Below, piece by piece: positions 45,176-57,600 of a stretch of DNA of 64,000 nucleotides. Under the pieces are notes generated by a model that worked only from the letters and a program-made list of their open reading frames with translations, did no database searches and was not told where the DNA came from. Source of the DNA: the human T2T-CHM13v2.0 reference genome, Homo sapiens. How positions within the stretch are numbered: position 1 is the first letter of the stretch; each line of letters begins with the position of its first letter. The DNA lies in the NCBI RefSeq assembly GCF_009914755.1, contig NC_060926.1. One strand, 5' to 3'. The position numbers and the translations under genes are program-made.

Positions 45176-45988
45176 TGTTCAAGCAGGCAGATAAGCTAGA
45201 TATGAGCAGGAGGGTGAGTCCCCTGAGAAAAGGGAGGTTTGGAAAAATCTCATAACCCAGAGACCACCCAAAACATGCATCCTAGCTATGAGCAGAGAGG
45301 AAGGGAAATACCTATGGAGAAAGAGATGCCCCTTGACTCCCAGTAATCACTCACTCCACAATTAAACTGTCCTGTCAGAATGTAGCTAGCTACATGCTGT
45401 TAAGCGGGTAAAGAGGGAAAAAGGAGAAATTCCTAAGAGATACACAGGTGCAATAAGCACAGCTTTAACCACTTTCCAACCTTCCTCAGGTGGTGATAAT
45501 GAGTAATGCAGGCATTATATAGAATTTGTATCCAACACTGGCCTGCACATACATGTGAACTAACAGTAGGGGGGAATCCCACAAATTTGGAGTGGAAACT
45601 AGGTGGGGACTTAAGGCAGAAGTGGGAACTAGACAAAGACAAAGGTGGAAACTTGAGGCAGAGGCAGAAGCCTGAAGAAACAGTCTGCCATAATAACCAC
45701 AATGCAGAACTCTTGGGGCTGCTGCTGGCTTATCCCTTTTAAACACCCTGCTCTGCCTCATCTTTCAGCGTGCACTGTCTCTGCTACTACCTAACCTTTG
45801 AGGCTACTACTCCTGTTTCTCCAGCTGGACCAGCCTGCTCCTTTCTTGGAGTGTCCTTCTCTCAATAAACTCTGTACTCTTTATTTTCTTTCAATAAATC
45901 TTTTGCTTACATTACTAATTGGTCTCTTGGCTGAATTCTTTCTCCCAGGTAAGACAAGAACTGAGGATTCCTGTACTTCCCAGTAACA
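45176..45988 (+). mobile_element. ERV1 solo LTR (MER66-like)
   Basis: TGTT...TAACA ends, gatatgagcagg..cccctgagaaaagggagg..cagagaccacc, two AATAAA near the 3' end. Confidence 0.75.
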
Positions 45989-48525
45989 AAATCATTAGGA
46001 AAAGTAGCCAGTATTAAATGAATATATAGAAATCAGTGGCTGTTTGGGAGAAAAAAATAAAGTTAAAGCCCTATTTTTTTTAAGTGTACTTCCAGTGAGC
46101 TCTGAGTGTTTTAGAGACTGTACTCTGCCCCATTTGTGAGAATTATTAGTCTTTCCAGGGAATATATCTGGAGAATATTTACTTTCAGAGGATGTACCAT
46201 GGAGAGAAGTATTTTTATGAAAAATGCCTTGGGAATAGGATTTTTAAAAGACAGAAGAGAACAGTGTGGTGCTGTCTCTTGAGTCTCATGAACACACAGC
46301 AAGACATGTATTCCCATTAACTCTCTAGGCCATGAACTACTTGTGCTCCCTTTTTAAGGAAGGAAAAGATTCTAGGGTGGTTTTTGTCACTGGGTGCTGT
46401 GGAATGGATTATTTCCCTCCACTCTTGTTGCTAACCGGAAAAAAAAAAAGACACTGCAATAAGGTTATGGGACTGAAAGAGCTACATTTAGACACAGCTC
46501 TTTTGGGGTCAAGGTCAAGTAGGACAATAATGGAAAAGAATAAGCAAAAATGAGACAACACAAGGAGAAGAGGAACCTGGGCACACCTGAGTGGGGAATC
46601 TTCCCTTAGCCACAGTGGAAAAGGGGAAAGCACTAGCCCAGGATCTCAGAAAGAAGGGATAGGAATGATAGAAGGGTAACATGGCATTTGGCTTTCTCTC
46701 TCAGCTCTGTTATTACTATTTTACTTTTTAAAAAACTTTGTTACATAATATATATTCTCATAAAGTAGCTCAAATCTTTTATGGGACTAAGCAAGTTATA
46801 AATACATACTTTCCATAGAAATATTTAGAAAAATATTACACTTACACATATTCATATATAATATGTATAAATACATAAATTTAAAAATATATATTCAGAA
46901 GTTGATGTATATTATAATATACGTATATCTCATTCCTGAATTTGGGTTTAGTAGCTCTCAAAAAATCACTTTTTGTCTTTATAAAGTCCTCAGGGTAAGA
47001 AATCCTTCCAGATACTCTTGCACATGGATTCCTAGGCCAGGGAGCGGGGTGGATGCCACCTGATCACTAGTGTCAAGAATTTCGTACTCAGTGGGGTGGG
47101 AGTTGGCTGAGAGTGGAAGCGGCAAGAGCAAGATGGCAACACCATAATTCTGACTGGGAATGCCACTTTCCACACTGGCACAAAATAAAGCATGTGGAAC
47201 AAAGAAGTCAATGCCTATAAGTCAACTTCTTGAAAGTTTCAGATTGTCACAAGGCTAAGAGTTGGGCTAGAGATTTGTCAGAGTCAGTAATAATTTTTGT
47301 GTCTAAGGACAGAGGGATCTGAGTTACATAAACAAGAGGTGTTCACTATGAACTGAAATAAGCAATTCATGGGTAAAGAGACTGGGGCCAGAAATTCTAG
47401 GGTATATGAGCATTTTCTAGGTAATGGTAACTGTGGCTCATTGGGGTAGGAGTAGTGCCAGTGAGAGTGGTGCCTTTTACTGAATCTTCCCATCTGGGGG
47501 TAAATGGCCATTCATGCTGCAACGCAGTTATTCTAGCTCCTTCTCAAGAGGACGACGATGTGCCAGAGGTAGATGAGAAGTGAGAATATGGGCATATGTA
47601 AGATGTTCTCTCTTTGTGTGTTAATTATACTGTGACATAATGAAGTAGGATTTAGATGGGACTAGTGTATGGTGTGTCCTTCTTTTTAATAGCTGCAGTT
47701 ACTGAAAAACAATGGGTGAAGCAACACTGTGGAGATCAGAATTTGATGATGGTGAAGGAGGCATAACTCAACATTTGCTGTTCTAAATTCCTGTCCTTTG
47801 CTATTTCTCCCCAATCCATGGTGATTTCTCAGTAATAAATATACTACCACAAATAATAATAGTATTATTGCTATGATTTTACGAATACTTATTAACATCT
47901 TCACATGCTTCATCTCATTTAATTCTCACAATTGAGGTAAGTGACAGATCCAGGATTTGAAAATAGTTCTGCACACAGACCTTAATGCTATACTAATGAT
48001 TCTTATCAGTTGGTTGAATACTTATAGTTCACTCATTTATTGATGCATCTTATAGATACTGTTTTTAGTCCTTACTATAAAAAGATATTACATATAAACG
48101 AAGCAGGGCTGTCTCAGAAGAGCAAAAAGCATCCCTTGCCAAGGTAAGGGATTCTTTCCTTCCTCCTTCTTTCCCTCCCACCCTCCATTCAAAAATTATT
48201 CAATAAATCCCAACTTTGCACTAAGCACCCTGCTAGGCATTGCAAATAAAAATCCCTGTGCTTCTAGAATCCATGATTTAGCCAGAAAATTAAAAGCACA
48301 TAGATAGATAACTATAATTTTACATCTTTTACATCTCAAATCAGAGCAGTGCAGGTAACATCAATTTGCCTACTTCTTATATCTGGCTTGACACACAGAA
48401 TATTTTGAAGATTTCATGTGTATTATATCATACTCTTCTATATACTTTTATCTTGGCACTGACATTTTATCTTGCCTACTTAGTAAGTATTTCATAGATA
48501 TAAAGAAAATATTTGGTAAAATCTA

Positions 48526-48957
<432 letters not shown>

Positions 48958-49432
48958 TCAAGGTTCTTGATGGGACATGTGTTGGGGGAGGGAGGAAGAA
49001 AGGGAATCGGATAATGACAGGAGTAGCTTTCCCCATCTAGGTCATATATCCTTGTAGTGAATTCTTCTCCTACGATAAGAAAAGTTGTGACTTTATAGAT
49101 TATCTATACATATTCAAATCTAAGTTTAAAATAAATTTGAAATCCTGCCAAATTATCTTTGGATTGTCACTATTTAATAAATGTAATTTTAAAAAATCTA
49201 TATCTAAACATAGGACTTATATGAATGGGCTTCAAGGCATCTGTGAACCCCTGAAATCATATGCAACATTGTGTTTCTCTGGACTTCATGAGATTTAAAC
49301 CCACAACCTAAAATGATTAAGGCCCAATGAATAATTAAAATTTGAGAAATTAAGCCCCATAACCAGGGAAATTTTTTCCCTCATAAAATTAGAGCTGACA
49401 GCATACAAACCTGACATAAACACTGTACTTAC

Positions 49433-49525
49433 ATCAAGAGCCACAGACTGCTTGGCCCAGGACTTCTTCACTTGATCATACATAATTGTGTTGTTGATGC
49501 CAAGTCCACAAAAGATGACAAAAGC
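49433..49525 (-). CDS. PDE11A: PDE11A coding exon (93 nt, phase 0 to 0): [31 protein letters not shown]
   Basis: ttcctag|GCTTTTGTC...CTTGAT|gtaagt. Partly visible in the ORF track (49295..49483). Confidence 0.97.
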
Positions 49526-50461
49526 CTAGGAAAGAGCAAACCTGCTAATTAAACATTGCAGCAACTCATTGGCAAAATCTAATATGAAAGCAGGCAGCCA
49601 CCAGGGATGGGTCTGAAAATACAATCTTGTTGTACACAGAGGTAGGCCTTGGGGAAATAGGCACATTAAAATTCTTAATTACTATTGTTATATAACAACT
49701 TTATAGCTCACACTGCACATGAGGAAAAATTATGAATTTAATGTCATTGTAGAGAAACTATTTCATATGTTTAAAAACATACTTACACTCTGTTTAAGTG
49801 GGTTCTTAATTTATTTAGGTTGTGGACTGATTTTAGTAAATCCATTCTATTTAACCAAAGCAACCTCTTTTAGTTGCTAGGCTATAAAATACTTTGGTAA
49901 AGAAACCAAGTTAATGTAACCATAAGGTAAATGTTAAGGGGAAGGAGGATTGAGTTAGAACCATTAATAAAGAAGCTATGAGGTATTCTTGATTAGAGAA
50001 AGATAACCATGGGTTTTCATGTTGGCTACTGGTACAGTCTATGAGGAAGCCCATTCAAGGCTAGCTTCTCCAGCTAGAGCGCCTGGAGTGAATGCACGGA
50101 AGCGTGTAAACAAGAGAAATGTGAGGGCAGCACGCCTGGCAGAGCTGGCTCAGGGTTTCATGACTCTGAACACACACAAACAAGACAAGAATAAGAAAAT
50201 AGCACTTTGGGGAAAAGAGAGGGTAATTCTATAATAAAATTAAGATAAAAATAATGGATGGTTACAAAATAATCCAATTCATAAAAAATAGGATCAAATC
50301 TCACTTAAGCATTTACATATTCCTTAAATCTTCCTGTTAATTTTGCCCTCCATTTAAGTATAATAATAATTGACTAATAATTGTTTGTCTTTCAAATTTG
50401 GGCAAGCTGCAACCAGGGGACTATTGATGACTCCACTTGGTTTATAAATTTATTTTCTTAC

Positions 50462-50529
50462 CTCAAAAAGTCGTTGATCTGCATCATCAAAAGGTTTCCC
50501 ATCAAGTCTGTTTAACACTTGAGCCACTC
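50462..50529 (-). CDS. PDE11A: PDE11A coding exon (68 nt, phase 1 to 0), GAF-B: (G)VAQVLNRLDGKPFDDADQRLFE
   Basis: ccccatag|GAGTGGCT...TTTGAG|gtaag. Contains the NKFDE-like GAF motif. Phases are compatible with both neighbouring exons. Confidence 0.97.
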
Positions 50530-50836
50530 CTATGGGGAAAGAGTGGATTATGTGGTCATTTTTAGTACTGGACATTGTGTTTCTCTAATAGAGTAGCCAC
50601 AGCTAACTCTATGCCTTTTTTAAGGAACTGCACTCAGTTTAAACTCTGGTCTCTCAAGTGCCTGCCGATTTCATGAGAATAAATCTGAGGTGTAGGACAA
50701 TGCACTCTCTCTTCAAGGCTGATTTATTTAGACTAGATCTCAGTAGTTCGGAGTTCTACCAAGGCTTTAATCTGATTCTAGATGACTAGTTACAGTAACT
50801 CTAATATATTGCCCATATATTATATATACAACTGAG

Positions 50837-50880
50837 TATATATGTAGCTGAATATGTGTGTGTATTCAGCTACATATATA
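50837..50880. repeat. Perfect 18-bp inverted repeat with 8-nt spacer in a TA-rich tract
   Basis: tatatatgtagctgaata-tgtgtgtg-tattcagctacatatata. Confidence 0.9.
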
Positions 50881-50954
50881 TATATATTTCAACTGAAAAT
50901 ATATATATATGTGTGTATATATATATATATCATACTCTGAAGCACAATACTTGA

Positions 50955-51220
50955 AAGAGGCAGTATGGCACTGTGATTAAGAACATAAGCTTTGGACTTA
51001 GATGATCTGAGATCAAATTTCAACTCCACCATCAGGTGTGTGACCTTGGGCACGTTACCTAACTTTTTTAGCACTCAATTTCCTCATCTGTAAAATGGGG
51101 ATTAAAATGTTAACTACCTAAGAAGGTTATGAAGATTAAATGAGATAATGTTAGAATGTTCATAAAGCATTTAGCATATTGCTTCACTCAGAGTAAACAT
51201 TCAAGAAATGTTAGGAATTA
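50955..51220 (+). mobile_element. MIR (near full length)
   Basis: tgtgtgaccttgggcacgttacctaac...tttcctcatctgtaaaatgggg...gattaaatgagataatg. Confidence 0.9.
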
Positions 51221-52447
51221 CTACAAGCAATAAAAGTTGATATAATACAGTTAACCTTCAAAGCAAAGTTAGTTCTGTTTCCTGCTACCAGGGGGTACAT
51301 ATAGTTCTACAAATCTTAATTTATGAGTGATTACTTTTTCCAAACTTCACCTCTAGTATTATACCAGATGTTTTAGGGCATGACTTCCCAAATACACAAG
51401 TTTAACAAGAAAAATCAACTATCTTGAAAACCACTAGCCTGTGTCCCCATTTAGTACAAAAGAAAAAAAAAACCAGCTGTAATTCTAAAGTATGCTTGTA
51501 TTTTTAAAAACACCCAACTTCCCACCAGGGAGGTAAGTCATCATATGCAAGAAGACATATATATATAAATAATGAAACACAAAACTATTAGCATGTAACC
51601 AGGCAAACTACGGTTCTAATTTTGAAGTAATAAGGGATGTTTACTTTTAGGATTGAAATGTAGGACTACGAGATTGCCACGGAATATCAACAGGTAACAC
51701 ATGGTGTTTCTTATGGACTTTCCCTTTAAACATAAATTTATTTAAAACTCTGTGCATGATGTAGTTTAAGTCTTTGTACTAGAGGCTTAGATCCCAAACC
51801 TTAGAATATTCTTTATGTTCAGTAACATACCAATATTCTTATGCAGACTAAGCTGATGAAAAACATTATCTCAGAATTCATATCTTAAAAACACTCACAG
51901 AATACTAAATCCTTTAATAAGCAGCAGTGTCTTAGACTTTAACAGGCAATTTTAGGGGGAAGCAGAGAAAGGCAAATGGATGCATTAGTTACCAAATGAA
52001 TTAGTGTTCTTACGTCTCTTAGGAAAAAAAGTCACATTTTTATTGTGTTTCAATAATTTCAACTAATTCCTCCATCCTTCATGACTTCTCTATTTCAACC
52101 ATGAATTCTCCTTGCCTGGGCTTCTTTCTTGAATTTGATGCTTTCCTAATTGAGTTTTTTTGAGGAGAAGGAAAGGAGAATGGAGGAAGAGAAAAATTGG
52201 AAGCTGCTTTTGCCCATGATTCCCTTATTGTGAGGAAAATGTGGCCTATTTCAGAACTGCCCAGGCAGAAAATGCATGCTCAGTATATGTCCAATATAGA
52301 ATGTTATTTCTTCCTTTGCCTTTACACCATGTATAAAAAGCACAGATGTAAACACATTGACATAGTAAGAAAGTCTGCACTAGGAGTTAGGAAGCCTGAA
52401 TTTTGTTCCTGACCTTGCTATTAACTTTGTGGCCTTCTTGAAGTCAT

Positions 52448-52470
52448 TTCTCTTTCTCTCTTTCTCTCCT

Positions 52471-52503
<33 letters not shown>

Positions 52504-52513
52504 GTCTCTCTCT
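52448..52513. repeat. (CT)n microsatellite within a MIR-like fragment
   Basis: Seen directly. Confidence 0.85.
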
Positions 52514-52821
52514 GGCTTTTTTTTTCACTCTCTGCCTCTATTTCCACAGGGTGAGATAAAAGAGTTCTATTGGTTGATAACTCAGATTCTCTACGACTTT
52601 AAAATTTATTGGTTCTTTCAATTTAATACATATTTGTTCAAGTTGTGGATAATGTTGATTCATTAGGAGCCTGTGCTTATGAAATTATACGAGAGTGTGA
52701 GACATAGTTTGATGAGTCCTGGCCATAAAAAGAGGGAACACATAAAAAAGATATGGGAATATTTTAAAGCAAACTTCTGTTTCTTTATTCAAGAAGTTTA
52801 ACTATTTAGGTCATCTCTTAC

Positions 52822-52897
52822 CAATTATTTGGTGGTTGCTATTCCAAATAGGGACACAAAGAACAGATCTTATGTGAAAACCAGATATCTGGTCTGC
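52822..52897 (-). CDS. PDE11A: PDE11A coding exon (76 nt, phase 0 to 1), GAF-B: ADQISGFHIRSVLCVPIWNSNHQII(G)
   Basis: Minus strand reads ttcctag|GCAGACCAG...ATAATTG|gtaag. Translation matches PDE11A GAF-B as recalled and joins in frame to the next exon. Confidence 0.97.
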
Positions 52898-53879
52898 CTA
52901 GGAAACAAGAAAGAAGTTAATTAAAATTGAATATTAACTATTCATTTTTGATTTACATTTTTTCCATTTTTCATAACAGATATTCAAAAATAACTTTTTA
53001 AAGCTATTTTATACACTGTAACCTAATTTTGTAATGCATAAACTCACTCACCTGCCTCCTTCATCACAATGAACATCCTAAAGGAATCAAACCCAAGCCA
53101 AATATGAATCAACCAAATAAATCCAAAACCAACATGACCTCCTTCAATCCCTGCAGCCATAGAGAGCTGGACATAAAACTATCTTGATCATGACCACACC
53201 ACTAGACAAGAATTCCAGCAACTGTTTCTCCTCTGGGTATTTAAAGCATTTTAATTAAACCAGTGATCAATTTTTATCTTTGACTGGGTGCACTTGTTAG
53301 TAAAACATGTTTGTGCCTATAATGCTGTCATATTTACATTTACTTTTAATACTCTATATTTTTACTGTTACTATATTATTATGTATGTTGTCAAATCTAG
53401 ATACAAAAAAGGTAAGATAGAGGTAGAGGTTTGAATATTTTCCTTCTGTACCCCAAATATGTCAGGAGGTGACATTTAAAATACAGAGGTATAATTATCA
53501 ACATCAAACATTGAGTAACAAACTCCATTTAATATTAAAAACAGTGGTCCATATTTGAATGGTTAGAGAGAAACCACTAAGAGTGAAAGGGTCTTAGGGA
53601 GTTAATATGACCTTGATTTTCAGTGAGGTCAATCTATTGTTCTAATACAATAGGAGAAAACAATAAGATATGAAGGTTTTGGATCATGGATATGGAGATA
53701 AAAAGATATTTTAAAATATTCTTTGTTGAAGGCAAGAGCCACATATTTTAAACACTTGAAACTAAAAGTTAATTTACATACCTAAATTTTATACTGGATT
53801 TTTTCTTTTTGACATTTCTCTTTGAGAAGTTAATTTTCCAGATATCTTCTATTCATTGTACCAATATGTTAGTTTCTCT

Positions 53880-55620
53880 TTTTCAATGTTTTTTGAAGAT
53901 TAACATGCATGTAGAAAGGCCCCAAAATTGTAAGTATACAGCTTAATGGATTTTTACAAAATGAACAGATCTATGCAACTACCACCAAGATCAAGACATA
54001 GAATATTATCACCGCCCCAGAAGCCACCTCCAAACCCCTAAATTCTTGTACATACTTAGTGCATATATGCATTTCTGATAGGCATATACTTATAATAAAA
54101 TTGCTGAGTTATTCACCTGTTCAGCTTCAAAATATATATTTTAAAGTTTTTGCAAAGTACTTGTACCAATTTACCTTCTAACCAGAAGTGTATGAGAGTT
54201 CCAGTTGATTTATATCATCACCAACATTTGATGTTGTCAGGCTTTTAAAAAAAAATTTTGACAATTCTGATAGATATGTGGTTATATCTCCTTGTGAAAG
54301 TAATTTGATTATCTCTGATGACTAGGGTGACCATAAATCCTGGTTTAAGTCTGTTTTCCTGACATAATTATTAATAATATGCCTTTCATTCTCAAAAGTG
54401 TCTAAATTTGGACAATAAATTTATAATTTTCCTACTTATGATTAATGAAGTTGAGCAACTTTTCATATACTTATCATCTATTTCTACTCTCTTCCATGAA
54501 GTGCCTGTTCAGAACTTTGGTCTTTTGTCCTGTTGGGTTGTCTGATTTTTAAAAATTGGCTCGTAAAAGTATCTTCTATATTCTGGATAAGAGCCCTCTG
54601 CAAGATATATGTATTACAAATATTTTTCTTATTCCATGGCTTGTTTTTCCACTCTTTTAATGGTGTCTTTTGATTCAGAGGTCCCTAATATGATATAGGC
54701 AAATATTTCAATTTTTAAATTTATGGTCAGTATTTTTTTGGTTTTGTTCAAGAGATCTTTCTGTATTCCAACCTCATGAAGATATTCTTCTGTGCTTTTC
54801 CTAGAATCCTTACTGTTTTAACTTTCACATTTAAATTTATAATCCAACTGAAAATGATTTTCATGTATAATATGAGCTAGGAGTCAAAATTTCTTTTTTT
54901 TTTGAAATGGATATTCAGTTGATCCAGCACTGTCTTGAGGGAAAAAGCAATACCTCTCCCCATCACTCTACTGTGCCATCATTTTCATTAATCAACTGTC
55001 CATATATATTTGGATCTGTTTCTGGACTCTCTATTCTATTCCATTGATCTAGGTATCTATCCTTATGCCAATACCACACTGTCTTAAATAATACAGTTGT
55101 ATGATAAGGCTCAGTATCTGGTAGTGCAAATCCTCCAACTTTTTCCTTCTTCAAGATTGTCTTGACTATTTTTGACCTCTGGCATTTACATATAAATTTT
55201 AGAATCAATTTGCAGTTTATACACATACATATACATTCCTGGGATTTTTATCGGTATTTTTTGAATCTATCTGTTTGGGGGAGAATTGACACCTTTACAA
55301 AACTGAGTCTTTCAATCCATAAATATCCCTTAATTTATTTAAGGCTCTTAAAATTTCTCTTAGCAAAGTTTGGTAGTTTTCCATGTAGTGTTCTTACACA
55401 TAATTTGTTTTATTTGTATCCTGATGTTTAAAAACTTCATGTTATTGTAAATAACAGTAGTATTTTATTTTCTAATGCTTGTAATTGGTACATAAAAATA
55501 CAATCGACTTTTTAATATTAAATTTGTTTCCATCAATCTTGCTACATTCAATTATTAACTTTAATGTCTTACCTGTAAAGTGTTTTGGATTTTCTTGCCA
55601 CATGATCACGTCATCTTATC
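53880..55620 (-). mobile_element. Old L1M (MC/ME) ORF2-3'UTR
   Basis: Minus-strand ORF 54963-55226 (..KTVWYWHKDRYLDQWNRIESPE..) is L1 ORF2-like. Confidence 0.85.
54323..54434 (-). mobile_element. MER94-like hAT-Blackjack MITE nested in L1
   Basis: tagggtgacca terminus, taattattaata..tttcattctcaaaagtgtc..tttggac. Imperfect 8-bp TSD ctgatgac/cttatgat. Confidence 0.7.
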
Positions 55621-55759
55621 CTTTAATTCTTATACCTTTTAGTCATGTAATTTTAGATTATGTGATTTTTCCTTTTTTATTTTGTTAATAGAGTGAATTA
55701 GATTGATTGATATTTGAGAATTCCAGATGCAAAAACAAAAACGTAAGCATAAATCATTC

Positions 55760-56185
55760 GTCCAGTGTACTCTTCCAAAAAATATTTATTTACCACCTTC
55801 TATGCACCAGACACATTGCTTAGTATTGAGGATAGAAAAATGGATTCAAATAGTCATTACCCTTGAGCTACTCACAGTCTAGGAAAGATAGAAATATTGA
55901 GATAAAATAAGTGTCCAAGTAGAGGATGTTCAAACACTATTGGAAAGACAACAATTCACTCTGTTTAGAGATATCAGGAGCAGCCCAAGACCCTTTACAA
56001 TGAGTCTTCAAAGACAACAGTGATGATGATAAGCTCACATTTGCTAGATGTTCACTCTCTGTCTGGCATTCCGCTCAGCACTTTCTTATGCATTATTTTA
56101 TACTTTTTACAACCACCCCATGAAGTAGGTACTGTTATCATCCTCTCTTATCAGATGAGACTTAGGGAGATTAACTGCCTTGAAT
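55760..56185 (-). mobile_element. L2 fragment followed by MIR
   Basis: aaatatttatt..ctatgcaccagacac..cacagtctag, then acaaccaccccatgaagtaggtactgttatc. Confidence 0.6.
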
Positions 56186-57104
56186 GAGAGAGACTGGCTC
56201 AAAGGAGCACAGCCAATGGCAAACACATCCATCAAAGTTATCTTCCAAAAAAACAAACTGGTTTTCTTCCCCTCCCTAAGGATAAAATCTGAATTAAGGC
56301 AATACCAGTAAGCATGAAGAGAAGAAAGCCAATTTTAGAAAGGTATAATCTACAGACTTAGGCTAGCCACAGCAGCACTAGGATGGCTGGGTCTGCTTTG
56401 TTTTGCTGTGGGAGCGACACATATCATTGTACAGACCATTGGGTTTGAGGCAGCACCAAGTAGTAAACACAATTGTCTCTGCCAACTCTGGGACAACAGT
56501 AGCTCCTGTCTAACGTTTCCTACGAAATCTGGGCAGCTGAAGGACAGGTCACAATGGGCAAGAAGAAAAGGAACATGCAGTAAGAAAGACAATTTAGAAG
56601 CTGGTGGTGAGAAAAACAAACCTTAGGCTGTTCGCCAGTTAAATAAAAGAGAATTTTGTTTACCCATCACTTTTAAAGTACTACAGTTCCCCAAAAGAGT
56701 TTTTTTTTTTCTTCTGGGAAAGTGGGAGTATGCACTCTCCCATCCCCATGGAGGATAACATTGAGGTTTCTGGCTTGAGTAAAGGTGGAAGAGTTCTTGA
56801 AGTGGGGAACACAGGAAATTTGAGGGAAATGATACGAACTCCAAATGGACACACATTACAAGTGAGAGGGGCTGGAGATACCAATCTTGGAGTCACCAGT
56901 CCTCTGGGTTAATTGCATGGGTAAGATTTAAGTTAATTGCATAGTTATTGCAAGAGAGAACTTGTCCAACAAAAAGACTAAAAACTGAACTTTGGGGAAC
57001 ACAATATTTAGTGCTGGAAGAAAAAGGTGACATCAGTGACAGGGATGGACAAGAACTCCAAAGCTCATGCTCTTAACCTGAAGGCTTTACTGCATCCATA
57101 ATGT

Positions 57105-57600
57105 GTGTGAACAGATTTCTACAACCTTTCCGGAAATAGGTTTATTGATGTGTATCCAGAGCCTAAAAAGTATAAATACATACTCTTTGACCTATCAATT
57201 TCATATCTAGGAATTTATCCTGTGGTAATTATCAAAGCTATGCACAAAGCTTTACATGTAAAAGTGTGAACCACAGCATTATTTATCTTAGTGATTTATT
57301 AGAATAACATGAATATTCAACTGAAGGCAGTTGGTTAAGTAAATCATAGCACATTCACATAACAGAATATTATGCATCTAATTAAAATCATGCTATAGAA
57401 GAATAGTTACTCATATGGAAAATATTTAATATATTAAATGATAATAGTGTACATGCCTATGGGTATACAAAAGCATATTATATACATTGAAGGATCCTAG
57501 AAAAATTATGACCATAATAGTTTCCTTTGAATTTCTTGGCTATTAGAATTTTAAAATTATTGCTCCTAGTTTGTAAATTTTAGATAATAAACACAGATAA
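57105..57600 (+). mobile_element. Old L1ME fragment
   Basis: ctttgacctatcaatttc..tctaggaatttatcct..cacagcattattt. Confidence 0.6.
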
